A stretch of 64,000 nt of DNA, taken from the NCBI GenBank assembly GCA_963693015.1, contig OY843748.1, positions 3,651,059 through 3,715,058 of the forward strand, written 5' to 3'. This DNA is from a bacterium (GTDB taxonomy: Bacteria > JAAXHH01). Shown piece by piece: positions 48,831 through 58,148 of the stretch. How positions within the stretch are numbered: the first letter of the stretch is position 1; each line of letters starts with the position of its first letter. Under the pieces are notes generated by a model. The model saw only the letters and a list, made by a program, of their open reading frames with translations. It made no database searches and was not told the origin of the DNA. Both the position numbers and the translations under genes were made by a program.

Positions 48831-51797
48831 ATGCCGGAATACACGTCCATAGCCGAACTCGCCGCCCGCTTCGGCGAGTCCGTGCCCTGCGCGGGCAACC
48901 TGCCGGTCGAACTCGTCGACCCGGAGAGCGTCTGGTTCATCGATCAGGGCGCCGTCAATCTGTTCCTGGTCGAATTCAGGGACGGGGTGGAACAGGCCGC
49001 GCCCCAGCATCTGCTGCGCCGGGAATCGGGCTGGTTGCTGCCGGGTGTCGCGCCGGACCGGGGGGACAGCGACGAAGACACCACGCTCAGCATCATCGCC
49101 AAGGGACTGCCGGGCACCCTGCTGAAACGTCTGCCGGCCGCCTTGCTGTCCCGGGTACGTCCGTCGGAACTGGCGGAACAGACCGATACCTGGCTGACCG
49201 CCATTACCGAGACGCTGGCGCGTTACGCGATTCCCCTTCCCCGGCCGGATGCGCTGGCCGAACCCGGCCTGACGCAGACCCTGGCCCCGTGTACGCTATC
49301 CGTACGGCGCGGCGTGGCATGGGTTACCGAACCGCCGTCCGGCGCAAGCCTGTACATGGGTATCGTAGACTACGCGGACAGTGCGGGAGCGAGCGGCCCC
49401 CATGGTCCGGGCGGTCCGCACGGCCCGCACGACGCGGTCGTTCCGCTGACGCGGACGAGCTGGCTCACCTTGACCGACGAGGCGACGCTGACAGGCCAAT
49501 CCACTGAAACGCTGGCGGAGCAAGGCGTGCTGCTGCCCGCCCTCGCCGCTTTTCACGCGGTTGCCTTCACCCTGGAACGCCTGAACCGCCGACTGGTCGT
49601 GGTCGACGCCGTCAATCTCGAACGCGCGCAGATCGCCAGCCGCCGCACGGCCGAGAAAACCGCCCGGCAGCGGCTCTACAATATCTATGACCGTCCGTCC
49701 GGCCGGGATGCCGGCATTGAGGACACGGCACTGACGGATGCCCTGAAGCTCGTCGGCCGCCATGAAGGCATCGATTTCAAGATTCCGGCGCCGTCGGGCC
49801 AGGCCGATGCTCGGGTCGGCCTCGTCGACGTTCTTGAAGCGTCGGGCGTGCGGGCCCGGCGCGTGCGATTCAAAGACGAGGGCAGCTGGTGGCGCGGCGA
49901 CAGCGGAGCGATGCTGGCGTTCCGCGCCGGGGACGGCCAGCCCGTGGCGCTGCTGCCGGGCATGTTCGGACGGTACCGGGAAGTCGACCCGGTCACCAAG
50001 CGGAGCGTCCGGGTTACGGCGGCCCGCCTGGACGGCGCGGGCAAACTGGCGGATGAAGCCTGGACGTTCTATCGGCCCTTGCCGCCGGGGGACGTGAAAC
50101 CGGCGGATCTGCTGAGAATCGCCCTGCACGGCGCGGCTCCGGATCACGTACGGCTGGTCATGGCCGGGCTTCCGGGCGGCCTGATCAAACTGCTGCCGGC
50201 GATCGCCCTCGGGTTCGTTGCCCATCAGGTATCGGCGGGCGGCAGCGCGGGAACGCTCTATGCCGTCGCCGTGGCGGTGGCGGCCTTCGGCCTGCTCGGC
50301 GCATTGCTGCACCTGCTTCAGAGCACGGCGATGATGCGGCTCGAAGGGCGCTCCGGCTCCCGGGTCGAAGCGGCCTTCTGGGACCGTCTCATGCGCCTTC
50401 CCTCAAGCACGCTGCACCGACATCCGGCCGGCGATCTGGCGATGACGGGCATGACGTTCCAGCATCTTCGCGACGGCCTGCAGGGCGTCGTCGCCAACGG
50501 CTTTCTGTCGATCATCTTCCTCCTTCCGGTTTTTGGCGTCATCTTCTTCTACGATGCCGCCCTCGGTGTCATCACCCTCGCCTTCAGCCTGGTTTCGCTG
50601 CTGGTCACCGTCGTACTGGGGTTGCGCCAGATTTCGCCTTACGGGTGGATGATTACCGCGTCGCGTCGCGTGGCCGGCCGGCTGTTCCAGATCGTGGGCG
50701 GCATCTCCAAGCTGCGCATGGATAACGCGGAAGGGTCGGCTTACGCCATCTGGGCGAAGCACTATCGCGAGCAGAAGCGCGCGGAGATCGAACTCGGGGC
50801 GCTGGAAGGCCATTCGCGGGCCCTTGGCGCCGCCCTTCCCTTTCTTGCCGGCGGGGTGCTGCTTTACGCGGTGGCATCGGGGGGAGACCGGAACGTTCCG
50901 GTCGGCGATTTTCTCGTCGTCTACATCGTCTTCATCGTCTTCCAGTCCGCCATCGCCCGGCTCGGCGAGTCCTTCGGCGCCATTGCCGCGATGCTGCCGT
51001 CCTTCCAACAGATGCGCCCGATGCTCTCGGCGGTTCCTGAAACCGGGACCGAGGGCGAGCCGGTCGAATATCTGGGCGGCGACATATTGTTCGACCGCGT
51101 TTCCTTCCGCTACGATCCCGATGGTCCGTTGATACTCGACGACGTCACAATTCGCGCCCATCCCGGCGAATTCGTCGCCATTGCCGGTGAATCCGGCGCC
51201 GGCAAGAGCACCCTGTTCCGGCTCGCCCTCGGTATCGACTGGCCGACCGCCGGCGCGGTGTATTACGACGGACGCGACCTGCGGCACCTGAATCTGAAGC
51301 AGGTGCGCCGCAAGATCGGCGCGGTGCCGCAATCCATCGGCCTTCATCCTCAGGATCTGTGGGACAATCTGGTCAGCCACCACGATGCCGTGACGACCGA
51401 GGAAGTCTGGGCGGCGGCCCGGACCGCCGAAGTCGAAGCCCAGATCAAGGACATGCCCATGGGCATGATGACCATGGTGGGCGCCAGCGGGTCCGTCCTG
51501 TCGGGCGGCGAGAGCCAGCGCATCGCAATCGCCCGCTCGGTGATCGGCAACCCGCGAATCATGCTGTTCGACGAGGCGACGAACTGGCTGGACAACGAAA
51601 ACCAGTCCAGGGTCATGGGGAACATCGCCGGCCTGACTTCCACCCGCCTCGTCATCGCCCACCGCCTGTCCACGCTGGAACAGGCCGACCGCATCTACGT
51701 GCTGCAGGCCGGGCGAGTCGTGCAAAGCGGTTCCTTTACGGAACTTATGGAGGCCGACGGGGTATTCAAAGAGCTGATCAGAAGGCAGATCGCCTGA
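48831..51797 (+). CDS. NHLM-type bacteriocin ABC exporter, ATP-binding/permease protein with long N-terminal domain
   Basis: About 480-aa N-terminal non-transporter region, then 6 TM, Walker A GESGAGKST and signature LSGGESQRIAIARS. Its pairing with a C39-ABC and an HlyD matches the TIGR03794/03796/03797 trio architecture. Confidence 0.7.
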   Translation: MPEYTSIAELAARFGESVPCAGNLPVELVDPESVWFIDQGAVNLFLVEFRDGVEQAAPQHLLRRESGWLLPGVAPDRGDSDEDTTLSIIAKGLPGTLLKRLPAALLSRVRPSELAEQTDTWLTAITETLARYAIPLPRPDALAEPGLTQTLAPCTLSVRRGVAWVTEPPSGASLYMGIVDYADSAGASGPHGPGGPHGPHDAVVPLTRTSWLTLTDEATLTGQSTETLAEQGVLLPALAAFHAVAFTLERLNRRLVVVDAVNLERAQIASRRTAEKTARQRLYNIYDRPSGRDAGIEDTALTDALKLVGRHEGIDFKIPAPSGQADARVGLVDVLEASGVRARRVRFKDEGSWWRGDSGAMLAFRAGDGQPVALLPGMFGRYREVDPVTKRSVRVTAARLDGAGKLADEAWTFYRPLPPGDVKPADLLRIALHGAAPDHVRLVMAGLPGGLIKLLPAIALGFVAHQVSAGGSAGTLYAVAVAVAAFGLLGALLHLLQSTAMMRLEGRSGSRVEAAFWDRLMRLPSSTLHRHPAGDLAMTGMTFQHLRDGLQGVVANGFLSIIFLLPVFGVIFFYDAALGVITLAFSLVSLLVTVVLGLRQISPYGWMITASRRVAGRLFQIVGGISKLRMDNAEGSAYAIWAKHYREQKRAEIELGALEGHSRALGAALPFLAGGVLLYAVASGGDRNVPVGDFLVVYIVFIVFQSAIARLGESFGAIAAMLPSFQQMRPMLSAVPETGTEGEPVEYLGGDILFDRVSFRYDPDGPLILDDVTIRAHPGEFVAIAGESGAGKSTLFRLALGIDWPTAGAVYYDGRDLRHLNLKQVRRKIGAVPQSIGLHPQDLWDNLVSHHDAVTTEEVWAAARTAEVEAQIKDMPMGMMTMVGASGSVLSGGESQRIAIARSVIGNPRIMLFDEATNWLDNENQSRVMGNIAGLTSTRLVIAHRLSTLEQADRIYVLQAGRVVQSGSFTELMEADGVFKELIRRQIA

Positions 51798-51851
51798 TCC
51801 GATTACGAGGATGACGGCCTGGCGGCAAACGCGCGCCTTCGGCCCGGACCC

Positions 51852-53168
51852 GTGAAAACGGAGTGGAAAACGATGAAGAAGCCCTTTGACGTGACGGGTT
51901 ACCTGCAGTCGCGTGCCGACGACGACCACGACTTCCGGGAACGTCTTCTCGCCAGGCCCAGGGAAACCATCGAAGAGGAATTCGGCGTGACGATGGCCAG
52001 AGACCATGAGATTCACGTCCACGAAGAATCCTATGCTTCGACGCACGTTGTCCTGCCGCCGCGTAGCAAATACACCAAGGCGGAACAGGAAGAAGCGAGA
52101 ACCGGCGCGGCCTCGCTCGAGTTCCTTCGCAAGACGATGTCCGATCCCGCGCCGCCCCTGCGTCCGCCCGCGGGTGAAGGGGAAAGCGTTTCCGGATTCT
52201 CCGGTACCCCCGAGGCGCTTGCAGACGCGGCCAGAGAGCGCATCCGCCGCGGCCTCGTCTTCCTGGAATCCGCCATAGACGAAAGGGGCGCCTGGCACTG
52301 TATCCGATTCAACGTGGGCGACCCGAATATCCCGCGGCATTTCGAAAGACCCGCCTTCATATCGGCTTACTGCGTCCTTGCCCTGGAGTATTGCCGGGAG
52401 GCGCGGGCCCGGTCCATCTGCGCCGCGGCCAGGGCGTATCTTGCCGACACCATCGAATACCCCGGATTCTGGCGCTATTACCGCCATCTGCCCCAGGATC
52501 TCGACAGCACCACGCTTTCTTCGCTTGTGATTGGAACGCACCCCTGGATCCTGCTGGAGCGAAACGTTCCGCGGATACTGGCGAATCGCGACGGGGAAGG
52601 CCGTTTCATGACCTGGGTGCTGACGGAAGACGAACCCGACGTCGTGTCGCGCTTTCGCATCGAAGCCGACCCCGTCGTCAATGCGAACGTCATCGCCTAT
52701 CTCGGCGACCGCCCGGAAACCAGGGAAGCGCAGCGATGGCTGGAAGCGCTGGTAGCCGAAGGCGATCTCGCGGGGTCGTCCAAATGGTATCCCGACGAGG
52801 TGGCCATCTACTATGCGATCGCCCGCGCCATGGGTCGCGCCGAGCCCGCGCTGAGTGGCCTGCGCCCGGTACTCGCGGACCGTGTCCTCGGCTTGCAGGA
52901 CGACAGTGGAGATTTCGGCAACGTCCTTCAGACCGCCCAGGCCGTGTCGGTGCTCCACGAAGTCGGACGCCTTGACCGCATCGACGCGAAACGCCAGGCG
53001 GAAAGACTCTTATGTTCCCAGCGCGAGGACGGCAGCTGGCCGGAACTCCTCGCCTTTGGAGACCAATCGTTGAAGTGGGGCGCAGTAGGACAGATCGGAC
53101 ACGGATCCGAAGCCGTGACCTCTGCGTTCTGTATCGAAGCGCTCGAGCGCCTCGTCACGTACCTGTGA
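51852..53168 (+). CDS. NHLP-type leader domain fused to prenyltransferase/terpene-cyclase-like alpha/alpha-toroid domain
   Basis: Residues 20-70 (DHDFRERLLARPRETIEEEFGVTMARDHEIHVHEESYASTHVVLPP) align position-by-position with the precursor at 59393-59644 and with the NHLP consensus. The C-terminal 350 aa carry QxxDGSW-like repeats (QREDGSWPE, LQDDSGDFGN, NRDGEGRF). Confidence 0.6.
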   Translation: MKTEWKTMKKPFDVTGYLQSRADDDHDFRERLLARPRETIEEEFGVTMARDHEIHVHEESYASTHVVLPPRSKYTKAEQEEARTGAASLEFLRKTMSDPAPPLRPPAGEGESVSGFSGTPEALADAARERIRRGLVFLESAIDERGAWHCIRFNVGDPNIPRHFERPAFISAYCVLALEYCREARARSICAAARAYLADTIEYPGFWRYYRHLPQDLDSTTLSSLVIGTHPWILLERNVPRILANRDGEGRFMTWVLTEDEPDVVSRFRIEADPVVNANVIAYLGDRPETREAQRWLEALVAEGDLAGSSKWYPDEVAIYYAIARAMGRAEPALSGLRPVLADRVLGLQDDSGDFGNVLQTAQAVSVLHEVGRLDRIDAKRQAERLLCSQREDGSWPELLAFGDQSLKWGAVGQIGHGSEAVTSAFCIEALERLVTYL

Positions 53169-53253
53169 ACGTGAATCCTGCCGGTCCGGGAATCCCGCGA
53201 CGAGATAACTTCCCGCGTAGGTGTTCGATTATGCTTACTAAGGAGGTGTTACC

Positions 53254-55653
53254 ATGTCACAGCACAGTTCTGCGGTAATCACCGGCGCCGATCCGGGCAA
53301 CGCCGACGCCACGCGGCAGATCGAACCGTCCATGCTGACGGCCCTCCCCCATTATCTGCCGCTCGGCGTCTTTCCCTTGATCATCCTCGCCGCGCTGAAT
53401 GGCGGCTGGTGGTTGCTGCCGCCCATCGTCTTCATGAGCCTTTCCTGGTCCTTCGACCGGGTATTCGGCCGCGACGGACGCAACATGGATCCGTGGAGCA
53501 CGCCGAAACACCGGCTGATCTGGCACAATCTCCCGGTCTGGACTTGGGCGTTCCTGTGGCCGCCGACGCTCATTTTCGGCGTCTGGCAGATCCTGGTGGC
53601 GGGTCAGTTCGCTCTGTGGGAAAATGCGCTGCTGGCGATCGTACTGACGATGGAAGCCCAGGCCGTATTCGTCGTCGGCCACGAACTGATCCACCGGCGC
53701 ACGTCCTGGGAACGCCGGATCGGCGAATTCCTGCTTTCCTCCTGTTCCTATCCGCAGTATGCCACGGAACACGTGTATATCCATCACGCGCTGGTCGGCA
53801 CGCCCCACGACGTGGGGTCCGCGCCAAAGGGCGAGAGTTTCTGGAAATACATGCCCAAGGAAATCATCAGCAACCTCGTCAATTCCTGGGAAGTCGCAAA
53901 AGATCGCCTTGGGCGCCGCCGCCTGACCATGTGGCATTACAGCAATCCCTTCTGGCGCTACGGCATCGGGGTCGCCTTCTGGTACGGTCTGGTTTTCTGG
54001 ATGGGCGGCATATGGGCCGTTCCGGTCTTTGCCTTCCTCGGCCTTTCCTGCGTCTTTTCCATGAAGATCAGCAATTACTTCCAGCACTACGGCCTGCGGC
54101 GGGTCCGCCTCGAAAACGGCCGCTGGGAGAAGATCATGCCACGGCATTCCTGGAGCGCGGACTGGAAGTTCAGCAACTGGATGCTGTTCAACGCCCAGCG
54201 CCACGCGGATCATCACGCCGTGGCGTCCCGCCAGTATCCCCTGCTCCAGGTCGGCAGCCACGACGAATCGCCGGAACTGCCGGGCACCTACGCCGATATG
54301 ATGAACATCGTCCTGCGGCCCAAATGCTGGTTCGAGAAGATGGACCCGCTGGTAGACCAGTGGCGGAAGCACTTCTACCCGGATATCGAGGACTGGAGTC
54401 CCTACGACAGCCCGCTTGCCGCCGCGCGGCCCGACGCCTTCGACGCGATCGTCGAGATCTTCGGCGCCGCCCCGCGGCTCGCGAAACGGATCGAGCAGAA
54501 CCCGGAACTGCTGGACAACCTGCAGGACCAGGAATTCCTCGATCTCGACCTGCCGAAGGGATTCGGGGAGGATGAAGAGTTCGAAGCGATCGCGCGGCGC
54601 GGACTTGCGAGAGTGTACTGGACGTACGAAATGGGCGTTCGGGAAATGAAGGACCTGATCGTCGAGCTGCCCGTGGTCGATGCCGGGGAAACCGCTGAGA
54701 TCGTGCGGAACTGGTCGAACGACAGGGCGTTCCAGATCGGCATGCACGTGGTGCGGGGCAACCTGTTGCCGGCGGAAGCGGGGACCGCGCTGTCGAATCT
54801 GGCCGAAGCGTCGATTTCGACCGTGCTTGCCTCCGTGGTTGCGGATTTTACCGAGCGGTACGGATCGCAGAGCGTGGGTGACGTCGCCGCGGTCTTCCTG
54901 GGCGACCTGGCCAGCCGCGAGGCATATCCCGGCATTGCGATGGATATGATGTTTGTCCATGACGGCCGGGAGTCCGGCGAGAACGAACGCATGTGCCGGA
55001 GTTTCCGAAAGGCCCTGGCCGACCTGGCGCAGGACAACCTGTTGTTCGCCCCGATCAGCCCCGATCCGGATTCCATTCCCTCGATGCAGCTTTCGGAACT
55101 GGCCGAGGGTGCTGGTGGTTCGACTTCCGGTGAAGTCCCCGTCCTCACCAGGGCGCGGTGCGTGTTCGAGCCTGACGGTTCCGACATGGGCGGCCGCTTC
55201 GACGAGGCGCGCCGTGAAATCCTGGCCGGGAGCGGCGCGAATGAGTCCCTTGTCGCCTGGTCGAGCGAGCAGCCGGAGGACCGCGCCGAGACGAGCGTGT
55301 CCACCTACGCCCGGGTGCGCGGCGGACTGGACGACGTGGAGCGGACCGCGCGATACCTTCAGCTGGTCCATGGCGGAACCCGCCTCGAAGAACCGGCGCC
55401 GACCGCCGCCGCGGTGTTCGAAGCCGCCGGCGACGAGCCGCTGGCGCAGGCGGCGAAACTGTGGCGGGACCTCCAGGGCGCCATGCGCCTGGTCGGCGAG
55501 GACGGATTTGAACTGGAGGAGGCGGGGCCGAAGGTCAGATCGCTTGTCGCGAAGGCCTGCGGGCAGGACGATTTCGATGGGTTGACGGCGGAGGTCGCCG
55601 AAACCGCGTCCCGCGCGGCCGCCCGGATCGAAGCCCTTGTTGCACGCCCATGA
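53254..55653 (+). CDS. AlkB-type integral-membrane di-iron hydroxylase fused to GlnE-like nucleotidyltransferase/helical domain
   Basis: N-terminal 400 aa: HELIHRR, EHVYIHHALVGTPHD, NYFQHYGL and NAQRHADHHAVASRQY, which match AlkB HELGHK / EHNRGHH / NYIEHYGL / LQRHSDHHA. C-terminal 400 aa: NPELLDNLQD ... VAAVFLGDLASREAYPGIAMDMMFVHDG resembles the GlnE adenylyltransferase core (GKLGGRELxxxSDLDLIF), with the second Asp replaced. RBS AAGGAGG upstream. Confidence 0.7.
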   Translation: MSQHSSAVITGADPGNADATRQIEPSMLTALPHYLPLGVFPLIILAALNGGWWLLPPIVFMSLSWSFDRVFGRDGRNMDPWSTPKHRLIWHNLPVWTWAFLWPPTLIFGVWQILVAGQFALWENALLAIVLTMEAQAVFVVGHELIHRRTSWERRIGEFLLSSCSYPQYATEHVYIHHALVGTPHDVGSAPKGESFWKYMPKEIISNLVNSWEVAKDRLGRRRLTMWHYSNPFWRYGIGVAFWYGLVFWMGGIWAVPVFAFLGLSCVFSMKISNYFQHYGLRRVRLENGRWEKIMPRHSWSADWKFSNWMLFNAQRHADHHAVASRQYPLLQVGSHDESPELPGTYADMMNIVLRPKCWFEKMDPLVDQWRKHFYPDIEDWSPYDSPLAAARPDAFDAIVEIFGAAPRLAKRIEQNPELLDNLQDQEFLDLDLPKGFGEDEEFEAIARRGLARVYWTYEMGVREMKDLIVELPVVDAGETAEIVRNWSNDRAFQIGMHVVRGNLLPAEAGTALSNLAEASISTVLASVVADFTERYGSQSVGDVAAVFLGDLASREAYPGIAMDMMFVHDGRESGENERMCRSFRKALADLAQDNLLFAPISPDPDSIPSMQLSELAEGAGGSTSGEVPVLTRARCVFEPDGSDMGGRFDEARREILAGSGANESLVAWSSEQPEDRAETSVSTYARVRGGLDDVERTARYLQLVHGGTRLEEPAPTAAAVFEAAGDEPLAQAAKLWRDLQGAMRLVGEDGFELEEAGPKVRSLVAKACGQDDFDGLTAEVAETASRAAARIEALVARP

Positions 55654-58139
55654 AGGTACCTGCCGGGCAGACGCCGAATCCCCGGATGCCGGGGCAGACG
55701 AAGACGGATTCTCCACGGGGGATATTAACTAGAACGACGCCTGCGGACCGCGGCAGCGTCGAGCTTCCCGCCCTCGCTCCGCACCTGGTCTGCCACGTCA
55801 TCGGCGAGCAGCAGACGCTCCTGGTTTCCGAGTCCTTCGATACGTTGCTGCACGGCGGCCTGTATTGCGACCTGCTTCCGCTTCTCGACGGCCGGCGTCC
55901 ACTGGCCGGGATCGTAGCCGGTCTGGAGGGCCGCCATACGGCCGCCCGTGTCGAAGCGGCCGTTGCTTCGCTCGCCGACAGGGGCTACGTCGTCTCCGCC
56001 GACTACGGCATGGACCGATCCCGGGCGGCCTACTGGTCGTCCCTCGGCGCGTCGCCCCGATGGGCCGAACAACGGCTGTCGGAATCGTCCGTCGCGGTCG
56101 AAGGCGACGACGGCCGGCTGGCATGTCACCTGGAAGCACGCGGCGCCGGTGTGGCGGCAGACGAGCCCGACTCGAGCGGCGCCGGTATGAAGGCAGACGA
56201 GCCCGACTCCAGCGGTGCGGGTGTGGCGGCAGACGAGCCCGACTCCAGCGGCACCGGTATGAAGGCAGATGAGCCCCGGCTCACGGTAATCGTCTGCGAC
56301 GATTATCTCGAACCACGATTCGCAGCGGTGAATCGGCGCCGTCTCGAGAAGAAAGCGCCGTGGACGCTGGTGCGGCCCCGCGGCATGGAGCCGCTGTTTG
56401 GCCCCGTCTTCCGCGCGGACGCAGACGGGCCCTGCTGGGACTGCCTGGCTACCCGGCTGCGCAGCCATAAGGAGGTGCACGATTTCCTGCGCCACGTTGC
56501 CGGCGAGGATGCCGCATTCAAGCCCTTCGCCGCCGAACCCGCGGTGCTGGAAGCGGTCTACGGCCTGATCGCGGCGGAGATCGTCAAATGGCTGGTGCTG
56601 GATGGGGCGGCCCCGATCCACGATCAGGCGATCTCGATGAATGTGGGCGAATTCGCCGTCTCGAAGCATCCGGTCATGCGCCGGCCGCAATGCCCGGCCT
56701 GCGGCGATGAAGCCTTGCATCGTCCGGATCGGCCGCCGGCGCCCCTGCGCCTGAATCCGAGTCCCAAGCCCCATCGCAACAGCGGCGGCGCGCGGGCCGT
56801 GGCGCCGGAAGCCACTCTGGCGAAATACCGCCACCTGGTGAGCCCGGTCAGCGGCGTCGTAACCTGGCTGAAGCGCACGACCAGTGAGCGCGACGCCTGG
56901 CTCCACGTCCACTGGGCCGGAAGCAATCCGGCCATGCGAAGCCGGAGCCTGAGTTCGCTCAGACGCAGCCTCCGCAGCAAGAGCGCCGGCAAGGGCAGCA
57001 CGGGGGAACAGTCCGAGGTCAGCGCCCTCTGCGAGGCGATCGAGCGTTATTCGGGCGCCCGTTGCGGAGACGAAATCCGCATCCGCCGGCGATTCGTCGA
57101 TTTCGCCGAAGAAGACGAGGCCATCCATCCCAACGACGTGCAGCTGTTCAGCGACCATCAGCTGGACAACGCGGAAAGCATCAACGCGGAAGGCCACCCC
57201 TACAACGTCGTCCCGCCGCGCCTCGATCCCGAAGCCGAGCTCGACTGGACCCCCGCGTGGTCGTTCACGCAGGGCCGGCACCGGTATCTGCCGACCTCGA
57301 TGCTCTACGGCACGTCGGCCGAACAGCGCGGAAGTACCGATCTGATCGCCGATTCCAACGGTTGCGCCGCGGGCAACACCCTGGAAGAGGCCATCCTGCA
57401 GGGGTTCTACGAACTGGTCGAGCGCGATGCCTTCGCCATCTGGTGGTACAACGGACTGCGCGTACCCGGAGTCGATCTTGCCAGCTTCGGCGACGAATTC
57501 CTGGCATCTGCCGAGGATTACTACGGCCGCCATGAGCGGGAAGTGTGGATGCTCGACGTGACTTCCGATCTGGGCATTCCGTCCTTCGTCGCCCTCTCGC
57601 GCAGGCCGGACGGGGATACCGAGGATATCATATACGGCGCCGGCGCCCACGCCGACCCGCGCCTGGCGGCCCTGCGCGCGGTCTGTGAGCTGAACCAGTG
57701 CCTTACCTGGTTGCCGCGTCCCGGGGGGAGCGACGGCCCGCCTGGCCGGCCTGACCGGTCTGGCCGACCCATGATCGACGATCCATTTGCCCTTCGCTGG
57801 TGGCAGACGGCTCGAATCGCCGACTGCTCCTGGCTGGTGCCGGAACCGGAGGCGCCGCTCAGGCAAGGCGCCCGGTATCCGGCGATCGAAACCGAGGACA
57901 CGCGCGACGACGTGGAACGATTCAGGGCACTGGTCGAGGCCCGGGGCATGGAGTTCCTGGTGCTGGACCAGACCCGGCCGGATATCGGCATGCCGGTCGT
58001 GCGGGTCATCGTGCCGGGCATGCGCCATTTCTGGGCGCGGTTCGCCCCCGGGCGCCTGTACGACGTGCCCGTCGCCATGGGGCGCCGCGATCGCCCGCTG
58101 GCCGAAGGCGATCTGAATCCCGCACCGGTAATCGCGTAA
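55650..58139 (+). CDS. fused RRE/E1-like docking domain + YcaO cyclodehydratase (thiazole/oxazole-forming, PatD/TruD/SagCD-type)
   Basis: E1-like PLFGPVFRADADGPCWDCLATRLRSH ... CPACG (tetrathiolate Zn site). YcaO: KYRHLVSPVSGVV ... SALCEAIERYSG ... SNGCAAGNTLEEAILQGFYELVERDA, with a Pro-rich C-terminus. The start overlaps the upstream stop (ATGA). Confidence 0.85.
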   Translation: MKVPAGQTPNPRMPGQTKTDSPRGILTRTTPADRGSVELPALAPHLVCHVIGEQQTLLVSESFDTLLHGGLYCDLLPLLDGRRPLAGIVAGLEGRHTAARVEAAVASLADRGYVVSADYGMDRSRAAYWSSLGASPRWAEQRLSESSVAVEGDDGRLACHLEARGAGVAADEPDSSGAGMKADEPDSSGAGVAADEPDSSGTGMKADEPRLTVIVCDDYLEPRFAAVNRRRLEKKAPWTLVRPRGMEPLFGPVFRADADGPCWDCLATRLRSHKEVHDFLRHVAGEDAAFKPFAAEPAVLEAVYGLIAAEIVKWLVLDGAAPIHDQAISMNVGEFAVSKHPVMRRPQCPACGDEALHRPDRPPAPLRLNPSPKPHRNSGGARAVAPEATLAKYRHLVSPVSGVVTWLKRTTSERDAWLHVHWAGSNPAMRSRSLSSLRRSLRSKSAGKGSTGEQSEVSALCEAIERYSGARCGDEIRIRRRFVDFAEEDEAIHPNDVQLFSDHQLDNAESINAEGHPYNVVPPRLDPEAELDWTPAWSFTQGRHRYLPTSMLYGTSAEQRGSTDLIADSNGCAAGNTLEEAILQGFYELVERDAFAIWWYNGLRVPGVDLASFGDEFLASAEDYYGRHEREVWMLDVTSDLGIPSFVALSRRPDGDTEDIIYGAGAHADPRLAALRAVCELNQCLTWLPRPGGSDGPPGRPDRSGRPMIDDPFALRWWQTARIADCSWLVPEPEAPLRQGARYPAIETEDTRDDVERFRALVEARGMEFLVLDQTRPDIGMPVVRVIVPGMRHFWARFAPGRLYDVPVAMGRRDRPLAEGDLNPAPVIA
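56142..56276. repeat. 36-bp tandem repeat x3.75 encoding acidic GAG(V/M)(A/K)ADEPDSS linker between RRE and E1-like domains
   Basis: Seen directly, alternating VAA/MKA variants. Confidence 0.85.
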
Positions 58140-58148
58140 GGAGGCGGA

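Noticed and set aside
46685-48940. 751-aa minus-strand ORF.
   Set aside because: Antisense to the C39-peptidase ABC exporter gene.
50403-52958. 851-aa minus-strand ORF.
   Set aside because: Antisense to the second ABC exporter gene and the NHLP::toroid gene.
53257-55716. 819-aa minus-strand ORF.
   Set aside because: Antisense to the AlkB::GlnE fusion gene.
55725-58028. 767-aa minus-strand ORF.
   Set aside because: Antisense to the E1-like/YcaO gene, whose plus-strand frame contains canonical Walker, AlkB, YcaO or C39 motifs. This minus-strand frame has none.
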